A DNA stretch of 64,000 nucleotides from an uncultured Acidimicrobiia bacterium (lineage in GTDB: Bacteria > Actinomycetota > Acidimicrobiia > Spongiisociales > UBA5794), in the NCBI GenBank assembly GCA_963714375.1, contig CAVQOG010000002.1:133611-197610 (forward strand), in the 5' to 3' direction. The position numbers and the translations under genes were made by a program. This document shows positions 48,273-57,075 of the stretch, piece after piece. The first letter of the stretch is position 1, and every line of letters begins with the position of its first letter. Below the pieces are notes generated by a model. It did no database searches. It had not been told where the DNA came from and worked only from the letters and a program-made list of their open reading frames with translations.

Positions 48273-48785
48273 TCAGGGGCAGGTCGCGCTGAAACTGCCT
48301 TCACCCACGTCGACCGGAGGAGGGTTACTCCCATCGTTTGCAGGCTGTTTCTGCATGGGACCTGAATACGACATACTGTCACCATCGACCGCGATGCCGT
48401 TCGCGATCGACGCGAGGTTGGCGAAGTAGCTGATCGGTCCGTCCTCGCCATCGGGGTTAGCGACTCGCAAATCGATGCCTCCGGACCAACCTGTGTCGTA
48501 TAGGTTTACGCCACCGCCGAGAACGACCTCGTTGTCACCAATGCGGAACGCGATCGAGATCTCATCTGGGGTGATGCTGCACGCGAAACCGCCAGGCTCC
48601 GTGAGCGTGTATTCGAGGCCATCGACCACCGCCATCGCCTGCCCGGGGGGCTGCGGGTTCACGACGACCCCTCCGGCCGAGCCGCCGTCGCCTGAGTTCC
48701 CCCCTGACTCCGGTGCACCGTCACTCGTTCCGCACGCGCCAGCAACGAGGACGACGGTGGCTACCAAGATGTAAGTCCTCCTCAT
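48273..48785 (-). CDS. Hypothetical lipoprotein
   Basis: MRRTYILVATVVLVAGAC lipobox; GGAGGAG RBS; two further Cys (FAC...ATCP). Confidence 0.75.
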   Translation of the reverse strand: MRRTYILVATVVLVAGACGTSDGAPESGGNSGDGGSAGGVVVNPQPPGQAMAVVDGLEYTLTEPGGFACSITPDEISIAFRIGDNEVVLGGGVNLYDTGWSGGIDLRVANPDGEDGPISYFANLASIANGIAVDGDSMSYSGPMQKQPANDGSNPPPVDVGEGSFSATCP

Positions 48786-48872
48786 TCCATCTCCTCCAGT
48801 CCGACGTCTGCGGGATGTCCGGCACTCGGCTCGCTGCGAACCGAGTTGGCGGTCGCCCGAAGAGCGCCGGTG

Positions 48873-49535
48873 TCAGCTGCAGTCGACTGCGAAGGTTCCT
48901 TCGATCGACACGTTCTCTGTAGCGTTGGCGTTTTCGTCCTTGGCAAAGACCTGGCCGGCCTCGACGAATAGCGCTGATCCAGATGTTGCCATGCCGTCGA
49001 GGGTCCAATCCACGATCGCGCTCTCCTCATGTGTGACATATCCGGTAAGAGTTCCGCCGCCCGCGTGCCAATTCAGACGGTTCACCGCATCCGCGATAGT
49101 GATGAATTGCGAGGGTGCGTCGGGCGTGTAGGTTGATCCCTCGGGCTGGATATAGAACTGCAGATAGTCCTTGTCCTCGTCGGGAACCGCGTCAGATAAT
49201 CCACTGCCGCCGAGTCCCTGCTCGTCGCTCGATCCGCACTCAAGGAGCTTGAATTCGTATACATCGTCACCGATCACGACCGTGGCGGTCCCCTGGATGG
49301 GCCGTTCCTGCCCACCCACAACAATCGTGTCGGCTTGTCCGGAGCCAACGCCAGGGTCCTCTCCCGTGGCGCCGCCGCCCTGTTCCGAGTCGGGTGGTGA
49401 TGTGTCGCCCGTGGAGACCGACGGAGCTGCATCGCCTTGTGGTGCATTGTCGCTCTCGCTGGTTCCGCCACACGCAGCGTTTGCAACAACGAGGGCCACG
49501 ATCATCACTGTGAGTCGGATGTGTTTGCCTCTCAT
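48873..49535 (-). CDS. Hypothetical lipoprotein (similar layout to 48273..48785)
   Basis: AGGAGGT RBS + ATG 49535; NAAC-GG lipobox; G.A.V.....Y....C ... EG.F...C end pattern shared with its neighbour. Confidence 0.72.
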   Translation of the reverse strand: MRGKHIRLTVMIVALVVANAACGGTSESDNAPQGDAAPSVSTGDTSPPDSEQGGGATGEDPGVGSGQADTIVVGGQERPIQGTATVVIGDDVYEFKLLECGSSDEQGLGGSGLSDAVPDEDKDYLQFYIQPEGSTYTPDAPSQFITIADAVNRLNWHAGGGTLTGYVTHEESAIVDWTLDGMATSGSALFVEAGQVFAKDENANATENVSIEGTFAVDCS

Positions 49536-49698
49536 GTTGTCACCTCCTCTCGCGACAGCGTGTCGCGTTCGTCGCCGGCCGAATCTGTCCGTGGTGACGC
49601 CTTCTGCCCTCATAGGAGGCGTCTGACATGTCGAACGGATGGTGGGTGGAGTGAGGCTGCATTGAACTGAGCGTACGACCCCTCTCCGAGACTGCCCA

Positions 49699-49726
49699 TA
49701 CTCATTGTCGTGGGGTCGCCTACTCA
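49699..49726 (-). promoter_or_regulatory. Direct-repeat operator TGAGTAGGC-N11-AATGAGTA (copy 2)
   Basis: Minus strand reads TGAGTAGGC GACCCCACGAC AATGAGTA, upstream of the lipoprotein pair. Confidence 0.65.
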
Positions 49727-49956
49727 ATCAGCGTCACGGCCCTCGTAGTTACATTCTTCAATCACGCTTGCGTTCGGTGATGACGGTTCGGTAGCTGGCA
49801 ATGCAGGTTGCAACGACTACTCAGGTCAGTTCGAGCTCATCGGGCAGAACGTACGGAATCGATGATTGGTGAGGACAACGGCCAGGCCATCCGGATTTCC
49901 GGGCTGCCGACTTCTGAATGCCCCCGAATGCCATGTTCTTCTCCTGTCTCGTCGTA

Positions 49957-50895
49957 TCAGGACCGATATTCAATTCCGTCAGCATTGACGGTGATGGCCG
50001 TACCCGCGTTGCCCCCAAGCATCTCGCCGATGTCGGCAAGCGTGCCGATCAGTGCATCGTTGCCAGTGTTCATAGCAAACTCAGCCGCTGCCGCGACCTT
50101 GGGACGCATTGACCCTTCCGGAAATTGATCGGACATCTCAAGGATCGCTTCCGGATGCGCTCTCGAGATTGGGCGCTGATTCGGATCACCCCAGTCGGTA
50201 TACACAGCGTCGGCATCGGTAGCCATCACGAACCGGTCCGCTCTGATCCCGTCGGCGAGCAACGCTGAGGCATAGTCCTTGTCGATGACTGCTTCTACTC
50301 CTACGAGGTGCCGGTCAGCTTTGTACATCGTCGGTATTCCTCCACCCCCGGCGCAGATCACAACGGCATCCCTCTCGAGCAGCCACTCGATCTGACGGAG
50401 CTCGAAGATGTGTTGCGGGCGAGGTGAGGGAACAACCCTGCGAAACGAGTCACCGTCCTTTCGAAACACCCAACCCTTCTCAACGGCGAGCGAGTCGGCC
50501 TGATCGGCGTCGTAGAACGGGCCGATCGGCTTTGTGGGGTTGTCAAACGCTGGATCCTCTGGATTCACCTCGATCATGGTGAGCAGCACCGCCAGTGGCT
50601 TCTCGTATGGGAGACGGTTGCCGAGCTCTCGGGTCATGAGGTAGCCGATCATCCCTTGTGACTCTGCACCAAGCACGTCGAGCGGATATGGGGGTACGTC
50701 CATGTAGGCGGCGCTCTGGAGCGCCAACAAACCGACCTGGGGTCCGTTTCCGTGCGAAACCACAAGCTCGTGATCGAGAGCAAGGGGAGCAAGTTGATCG
50801 GCCGCGATGTTCACGTTCTCGACCTGATTCTCCTCAGTCAACGCCTGACCACGCCGCAGGAGAGCATTCCCTCCGAGCGCTACGACAATTCGCAT
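49957..50895 (-). CDS. arcC: Carbamate kinase
   Basis: [64 protein letters not shown]. Confidence 0.93.
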   Translation of the reverse strand: MRIVVALGGNALLRRGQALTEENQVENVNIAADQLAPLALDHELVVSHGNGPQVGLLALQSAAYMDVPPYPLDVLGAESQGMIGYLMTRELGNRLPYEKPLAVLLTMIEVNPEDPAFDNPTKPIGPFYDADQADSLAVEKGWVFRKDGDSFRRVVPSPRPQHIFELRQIEWLLERDAVVICAGGGGIPTMYKADRHLVGVEAVIDKDYASALLADGIRADRFVMATDADAVYTDWGDPNQRPISRAHPEAILEMSDQFPEGSMRPKVAAAAEFAMNTGNDALIGTLADIGEMLGGNAGTAITVNADGIEYRS

Positions 50896-50923
50896 ACCCG
50901 ACCTTTCCGCCGATTCACTGATC

Positions 50924-51157
50924 TCATGCCAGTGACGCCAAACCCATGAACGCTGACAGTATGACGAAGAGCCCTATCAAGAATGGCCACGCAAACTTCA
51001 GATACTTATCGTATCCCACCTTCGCCAACGTCAAGCCTCCGAGTACGACAGCCGCGGTCGGTGTGATGAGGTTGACCGCCCCAGACGCAGCCTGGAATGC
51101 TGTGACGACAGCTGAGCATGCGACGTCGGCGAAGTCGGCAAGCGGGGGCGAGGATTG
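50924..51157 (-). pseudogene. 3' remnant of a YfcC/ArcD-like (arginine/ornithine antiporter-type) transporter
   Basis: PILAP[frameshift in a C run]LADFADVACSAVVTAFQAASGAVNLITPTAAVVLGGLTLAKVGYDKYLKFAWP...* directly upstream of arcC; no 5' part present. Confidence 0.75.
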
Positions 51158-51259
51158 GCTCGTTCGACCTTACCCGCGAGACCATTTGCGGCGTCGAGAA
51201 TGCGGGGCATCGTCGTGACCCAATCTGCAACAATGTGAACAACCGATACAGGAGTATGT

Positions 51260-51658
51260 GTGAAGATCGTCGTCGGGTTCATCGACAGCCCAGAGGGCAA
51301 CGCCGCCATCGAACAGGCAATCGAGGAGGCAAGACTCCGCGGAGCAAGCCTCATCATCGTCAACTCCATGCTCGGCGGAGACCACGAGCAACAGCAGGAC
51401 TACATCGCAATGGACAAGCGGCTTGCGGAGCTCACCGAGCGGTTGTCCGACGAGGGAATCGACCACAAAGTCCACGGATACGTCCGTGGAGAGAAGCCTG
51501 TCGCGGACATCGTGGCCGCCGTCAATGAATACAGCGCCGATCTCATCGTCATCGGTATCCGCAAGCGGACAGCAACCGGGAAAGTATTTCTGGGTTCCAA
51601 CGCTCTCGACATCCTCCACGACTCCCCTGTTCCTGTCCTTTGCGTCAAGGCGAAGTAG
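51260..51658 (+). CDS. Universal stress protein
   Basis: IVVGF.DSPE..AA; ADLIVIG.RKR...GKVFLGSNA..IL..SPVPVL. Confidence 0.9.
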   Translation: MKIVVGFIDSPEGNAAIEQAIEEARLRGASLIIVNSMLGGDHEQQQDYIAMDKRLAELTERLSDEGIDHKVHGYVRGEKPVADIVAAVNEYSADLIVIGIRKRTATGKVFLGSNALDILHDSPVPVLCVKAK

Positions 51659-51740
51659 CCGATACCCCCGGTCAGAACCCCGAGCCGTACGGAGCTTGAT
51701 CAGCGTCATCGATGCGGCGTGAGGAGCTATGTTTATTCCC

Positions 51741-52370
51741 ATGGCAGTCATCACGAGACTCACCGATTCATGCGTACACGTCGTCACCGATGACTCAGCA
51801 ACCCTGTTCGATCCGGGGTTTCACAGCTTCCTATCGGGACAGGTCGATCTCGACGCGATCGGTGAAGTCACGACTGTCGCGATCACCCACGAGCACGGCG
51901 ACCACGTGCACCCTGACTTTGTGCGCTGGCTGGTCGACCGCGGCGACGACGTGGGGGTTCATTCGAACCAGGCGGTCGCTGATCTACTCGCCCCTCACGA
52001 CATCGAGGTGTCGACCGGGGTACCGGAGGGATTCAGCATCGAGGACGTGATCCATGGGAAGATCCCGAACGGCTCCCAACCCCCAAACCGGTCATTCACC
52101 ATTGACGGCGTGTTCACCCACCCAGGAGACAGCCGTGATCCATTGAATAGCGCTGCCGTGCTCGCTCTCCCGATCATTGTCCCGTGGGACACAGCGATTG
52201 GCGCCGTGGAGTTCGCCCGGCGGGTTCGTCCCTCTCAGGTCGTCCCCATCCACGATTTCTATATGAGTGAGAGCGGACGGTCCTGGTCCCGCGATCTGGT
52301 CAGAGGCATCCTCGCCGTTGACGGCATCGAACTACTTGATCTCGACTGGGGCGACAGCGCCACCGTATAG
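51741..52370 (+). CDS. MBL-fold metallo-hydrolase
   Basis: LFDPG, ITHEHGDH, HPGDS, VVPIHD. Confidence 0.88.
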   Translation: MAVITRLTDSCVHVVTDDSATLFDPGFHSFLSGQVDLDAIGEVTTVAITHEHGDHVHPDFVRWLVDRGDDVGVHSNQAVADLLAPHDIEVSTGVPEGFSIEDVIHGKIPNGSQPPNRSFTIDGVFTHPGDSRDPLNSAAVLALPIIVPWDTAIGAVEFARRVRPSQVVPIHDFYMSESGRSWSRDLVRGILAVDGIELLDLDWGDSATV

Positions 52371-52522
52371 GGCAACGACCCACTCGACCAGCTACGGCAC
52401 GAGCCAGCCATCCGCCAGATCTTCGTACCCTGGGCTCCATTGGACATATATGTCCACTCCAGCCCCCAGAACGGAGGACGGCCGACACAGAATGGAGGGC
52501 GCTCGACGCTGTCAAACCAGCG

Positions 52523-53239
52523 CTACTCGAGCGTCTCGGTCTGTGGGAGGTGTCGATCGAGAAACTCGATAGTGCGTTGCCACGCGAGGTCGGCAGCGCG
52601 AGCGTCGTACGCTTCTGGCCGATCCCATTCGAAGAACCAGTGTCCGGTGCCGGGATAGTCGTGATACTCAACATCGTGGGCAGCCGTTCTCAGCTGAACC
52701 TCCTGCCGTTTGATTGAACTCGTGCTGACGAATGGATCGGTCTCGGCAAGATGGAACTGGAACGCCGACCGGCTGGCGGAGAAGTCACCTGCCCTGGTTG
52801 CATAGAACACCGTGGTGGCCGAGATCGGTGGGATCTCTGGTTGTGATTGCTTGGCCAGCCACAACGCCCAATGCCCGCCCATTGAGAACCCAATCTGGCC
52901 GACTGCCACGGCTCCGTGTGTGGACCGCACCTGCTCGACTGCTCCAACGATCTGCCGCCACATTGGTATCGCCCGCTTGCGTGCCCGCAGCATCGCTGCT
53001 TCCTCTGCCGTCGATGCCAGTTCACCTGCGTAGAGATCCGGTGCGACGGCGACGTAGCCGAGTTTCGCGAGGTCATCGCACACACCAGTCACGACATCGG
53101 TCACCCCCCACCAAGCATGGAGCACCGCGATCGTCGCCCGAGCCGACCCCGTTGGTGCTGCCGTGTAGGCGTCCATCGATCGTGTCGTGGCGATCGCCCG
53201 TTCGCCCTCACCTGACTGCGGTGTCATCTGGCCCTGCAC
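52523..53239 (-). CDS. Dienelactone hydrolase family protein
   Basis: HAWWG, APDLY.G, GFSMGG, D.FV, YPGTGHWF, AADLAWQRT..FL. Confidence 0.88.
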   Translation of the reverse strand: MQGQMTPQSGEGERAIATTRSMDAYTAAPTGSARATIAVLHAWWGVTDVVTGVCDDLAKLGYVAVAPDLYAGELASTAEEAAMLRARKRAIPMWRQIVGAVEQVRSTHGAVAVGQIGFSMGGHWALWLAKQSQPEIPPISATTVFYATRAGDFSASRSAFQFHLAETDPFVSTSSIKRQEVQLRTAAHDVEYHDYPGTGHWFFEWDRPEAYDARAADLAWQRTIEFLDRHLPQTETLE

Positions 53240-53342
53240 TCTGTCGAAGTAGGTGGATTCAATCCTCGTGTCCCCGGGCTCTGATCATTCGTCGGTTCCC
53301 GGTACGGTCGCCTGGATCCACGACGGGTTCGTGCCCTTGCTC

Positions 53343-53771
53343 TCATCCCTCTTCTGTTTGAGCCGGCTTTACAACGAGGACATCGCACTCCGCCAGATGA
53401 ATCGCCCGAAGGCTCGTGCTGCCAAGGACCAGGGAGGCGAACGCTCCCCGACCACGAGTACCAACAACGACCAGGGCTGCCTCCTTGTCGGATGCGTAGT
53501 GCACAAGAACATCCGGCGGATAACCGTCCAAGTCGACGCGTTGTATGGGGATCTCGGACTCGGCAATGGTGGATTCGAGCGACGCCCATACAGCTCGGCG
53601 TTGTGCCTCGCCCACGTGACCAAGCTCCACAGGGAACTCCCCATAGACGATTGGGATTTGGAGAACATGCACGGCATGTACCTCGGCATCCCTCCATTTG
53701 GCTTCTTGGATGGCTCTTGCCAGAACCGTCTTGGAGATAGGAGCCTCATCAACGCCTACAACAACGATCAT
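53343..53771 (-). CDS. Universal stress protein
   Basis: VVVGVD...S..VL..A..EA; LVVVGTRGRG.F..LVLGSTS...CDVLVV. Confidence 0.9.
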   Translation of the reverse strand: MIVVVGVDEAPISKTVLARAIQEAKWRDAEVHAVHVLQIPIVYGEFPVELGHVGEAQRRAVWASLESTIAESEIPIQRVDLDGYPPDVLVHYASDKEAALVVVGTRGRGAFASLVLGSTSLRAIHLAECDVLVVKPAQTEEG

Positions 53772-53979
53772 TTCGCCACACCCCCTTCAATTGCCACGAA
53801 TATCTGCCACGAAACCGATATAGACAATCATCGTTCGATCCACACCAATTGTATCTGGTGAAGTCTCGATGGTCTATTCCTGGTTGTGCGAGTGGTGGTG
53901 CACCGGACCATCGCGTCTCTCCTACGGTTTACGCCAGCGCTCATCGTCGTATCAGCCACACACCGGTTCCAGGCGCTGC

Positions 53980-56010
53980 CTATTCGGTCCTGCGCGTCCA
54001 TTTGTGTGGAAAGAAGATCCTTCCGTTGGTAGCTTCAGAGAAGCTCAGGATGAGCTCCGTATCGGAATCCCTTACGAACACAAAACGGGACTCGCCACCC
54101 CCAGATGCCAGATCGGTGTTGTCGATGGGAAACTGAGTTTCTACTCCCAAGACGTCCGCCGTGGCCAAGAGGCTGAAGTTGGGTTCACCACTGAACACGA
54201 CTTCGAACCCTTCCAGATGCCAATCAACAACACCACCACCAACAATCGTGAGTGACGGAATGGGCGATGTTTCGTCAAGGACCAGCGTGAGGTCGTCGTA
54301 GTCGACTTTCGCGGTACCTGATTCTTCGAACGTGATGGTGATATCCCCAGAGACACCAAGGACCTTGAGTGGCGGCCCCTCGGTCAGCTGATGCGCGAAC
54401 GCATTGTTGAACATAGTCACGATCGACTCGTTCGTAGCCTCCCAGGTGCCGACGAACCCTTGGGCGTCGTATGGAGAGCCGGGGCCAACAGAATCGGTTG
54501 GCTCTTCGCACTCTTCATCCGAAGAGGTCATTGCTACCTCTATGGCGCTGCCGGTTGCCGGTCCGCCGATCATCGCAGCCGCCAGAGTGTCGGTGCCTGG
54601 CGGAAGAACCCGAGCGCCCGCGATCGAGGTTCCATCGGCGCAGGCGCATTCCCCCGCGCAGAACACCAACGTTTCGGCCGCGGTGATGATGAATTCTTCA
54701 CCTGTGTTCCATCGACCCGATATCCAGCCGCGACCGGCAATTTCGACGATCGTCGGAGTCGACGGATCGGGCAAGTTGAGCGAGAACGACTGCAGCTGCT
54801 GCCAGCCGGGGGCGACGCTGATCCCGTCAGGGACCCCCTCGTCAATCGTGATCTCGTTCGAAATCCGACCCCCACCGCGTAGTCCGGGACCCGACATGAT
54901 CCAGTTGGTACCCCAGTCGGTTCGCATCGCCGCTTCTGCGGGAATACCAGCCAGGGCGTTCGGACCGATACGCGCCAGCACCGCGTTCATCAGATCCGCG
55001 TTGTCGCCGCCCTCTGCAACACGGTTCAGACTGAGGATCTCACCCCACAAACCGCCGCCAAGCGCCGCATCCACCGAGCTCCAGAATCCGATCGCCGAGT
55101 ATTCCTCAATGAACATCGGGTATATCCGATCGGATTGGCGTGGGAGGAGATACCTTGGCCACCAGCTTGCCGAGTACGCGCTGCCGCCAGCGAGGGACTC
55201 ACCAACCCACGACGCCACGCCCTCTTGATACCAGCCGGGAGTATCGGACCACGCAAAGAGTGAGTCCGAGTTGATCAAACTCCAGCAATGAAACATCTCG
55301 TGGTACATCGCCGATTGTTTCTGTGCGTCGTCGGGAAACCTCCGTGCCTCGCCAACCGCAATCCGGCAGGAGTCGTTCGTCAAGGAGGGGAGGAACGGAA
55401 GAATGACTGTCGACGGACCTGTCTCGGCATCTCCACCAGCAACTTCGTCGACAAGCACAATGTCATAGGCCAACGATACGCCTCCGAGCCGCTCGCGAAC
55501 CTTCTGCGCCGCATCACGAGCCAAGCCATCCCAGAACTCCTGTTCTTCCGGAGTCGGATCTGCTGCGTGCATGAACCGCGGTTCAACGCTGGCAAGATCC
55601 CGAGATCCCGTGCTTGCATCGCTTGCGGCGGTGGTCTCTGCTGTGGATCCCAAATAGCGGGCGATTCGAACTTCGACGGCTTCTTGTTGGGCCACCGACA
55701 GATCATCCCAAACCGAGACAACCCAACGTATTGCATTTGTGCCACTCCGGGGTTCGCTGCCGTCGCGTGCCAGATTCAGCGATCCCGGCACATCACCAAA
55801 CTGGAGGGCAAAAGCGGTCAGGGCCAGTTCTGGCGTCACCGTCCCGTCTGTTGCGGCGAATCGCTCCATGAGCTGGTCATAGGACGTGCCCGCATCCTTG
55901 GCGGGAGCGGTTGGCGCCACCGTTGATGTTGTCCCGGAGTCGGAGTCTCCCCCACTGCAAGCAGCCATCAGCAGCAACAGTGCCAGCAACCAAGCGGCTC
56001 GTCTCATCAT
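53980..56010 (-). CDS. Lipoprotein with HExxH zinc-metallopeptidase domain (paralog of 28360..30756)
   Basis: MMRRAAWLLALLLLMAAC lipobox; YHEMFHCW...PGWYQEGVASW; C...C.CADGT. Confidence 0.72.
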   Translation of the reverse strand: MMRRAAWLLALLLLMAACSGGDSDSGTTSTVAPTAPAKDAGTSYDQLMERFAATDGTVTPELALTAFALQFGDVPGSLNLARDGSEPRSGTNAIRWVVSVWDDLSVAQQEAVEVRIARYLGSTAETTAASDASTGSRDLASVEPRFMHAADPTPEEQEFWDGLARDAAQKVRERLGGVSLAYDIVLVDEVAGGDAETGPSTVILPFLPSLTNDSCRIAVGEARRFPDDAQKQSAMYHEMFHCWSLINSDSLFAWSDTPGWYQEGVASWVGESLAGGSAYSASWWPRYLLPRQSDRIYPMFIEEYSAIGFWSSVDAALGGGLWGEILSLNRVAEGGDNADLMNAVLARIGPNALAGIPAEAAMRTDWGTNWIMSGPGLRGGGRISNEITIDEGVPDGISVAPGWQQLQSFSLNLPDPSTPTIVEIAGRGWISGRWNTGEEFIITAAETLVFCAGECACADGTSIAGARVLPPGTDTLAAAMIGGPATGSAIEVAMTSSDEECEEPTDSVGPGSPYDAQGFVGTWEATNESIVTMFNNAFAHQLTEGPPLKVLGVSGDITITFEESGTAKVDYDDLTLVLDETSPIPSLTIVGGGVVDWHLEGFEVVFSGEPNFSLLATADVLGVETQFPIDNTDLASGGGESRFVFVRDSDTELILSFSEATNGRIFFPHKWTRRTE

Positions 56011-56139
56011 CAACCCCTCCTGCGACAACATAGGAAGGGAGTCCGATCCCCCCTCTTTCTCGAACAAGTGGCGCCACCCTACCGCGGTTGATGTGTGTTG
56101 TTGACCGTTGCCAAAGATGGGCGTTGTTGGCCTGCGATG

Positions 56140-56410
56140 TGAGTGCTTCGTTCCTCCTCCTCGTTCCCTTGGTCACCTGGCACAACGTCATGTCACGCAT
56201 TGTGCGCTGGGTCTTCGTGGCAGGGTTCCTGACACCGGTCGTGGCGTTCGGGGCGATCGCTGCCATCCACGGATTTGATCGCCAAGACCGCTTTGAGGTG
56301 ATCGCTTTGAGGTGATCATTGTCTCGATCGATTGGTTGGTATTGATCATCAACGGGTTACTGCTCGCCTTGATCTTCCAACGTCTGAGGAAGGTCGATAC
56401 CCGCACCTAA
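56140..56410 (+). pseudogene. Frameshifted membrane-protein remnant
   Basis: 14-bp tandem duplication CGCTTTGAGGTGAT (56289-56316); removing one copy gives ...HGFDRQDRFEVIIVSIDWLVLIINGLLLALIFQRLRKVDTRT*; 5' boundary approximate. Confidence 0.62.
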
Positions 56411-56461
56411 CGGCATGTGGAGCATGTAGACCTGAACGCATACATAATGTAGACTGCAGAC

Positions 56462-56698
56462 ATGAGTACGACAACCATTCGTGTCGACAGCAACACCCAC
56501 GCTCGCCTTCTCGAGTTGAGCCGTGCGAACGATTCATCTCTCATCGAAACGGTTCGAGATGCCGCCGAAGCTCTCCGGCGACAGCGCTTCGCCCATCAAG
56601 TCGCGGCCGAGCTTGCTGAACTCCGCAACGACCCGGCTGCTTGGGAGGCCTACGTTTTCGAAACGGACGCAACGTCAGTGACTGATGGCATCCGTTGA
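56462..56698 (+). CDS. Antitoxin (ribbon-helix-helix-like) paired with MazF
   Basis: MSTTTIRVD..TH.RL.EL; overlaps the toxin gene; TGTAGAC direct repeats upstream. Confidence 0.75.
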   Translation: MSTTTIRVDSNTHARLLELSRANDSSLIETVRDAAEALRRQRFAHQVAAELAELRNDPAAWEAYVFETDATSVTDGIR

Positions 56699-57023
56699 TG
56701 ACCTGTGGCTCGTCGACTTTGGCGAACCGTATCCAGGGGAACCGGCAGCGCATCGACCAGCTCTCGTGATCGGCCCCCCAGACACGTTCGGAACGGGCTT
56801 TCCCTTCGTTGTCGTGACCCCGCTCACGACCACCCGTCGGGGGCTGTCGCTCCACGTTGAGGTGGAGGCAACCGAAGACACCGGTATCGACCACACGAGC
56901 TATGTTCAATGCGAACTGATCCGGTCGATCAAACGAAACCGCCTTGTCCGACGACTCGGAAGCATCGACCCCGAAGCAAGCGACGAGGTCGCCACCATCA
57001 TCAAGACAGTGCTGAATTACTGA
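56685..57023 (+). CDS. PemK/MazF endoribonuclease toxin
   Basis: WLVDFGEP..GE.A..RPALVI, VV.PLTT, SYVQCELIRSI...RL..RLG. Confidence 0.9.
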   Translation: MASVDDLWLVDFGEPYPGEPAAHRPALVIGPPDTFGTGFPFVVVTPLTTTRRGLSLHVEVEATEDTGIDHTSYVQCELIRSIKRNRLVRRLGSIDPEASDEVATIIKTVLNY

Positions 57024-57075
57024 CCGGCTGACTCCGTCTCGGGCGACGAAACCCCAAACAGCTAGCATCCAGCTG

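Noticed and set aside
52870-52895. Ser instead of Cys nucleophile (GFSMGG) in the dienelactone hydrolase
   Set aside because: This is a common variant in the family and not unusual
38361-57023. Integron cassette array or prophage
   Set aside because: Genes are in mixed orientations, and I see no recurring attC-like repeats, integrase or phage structural genes
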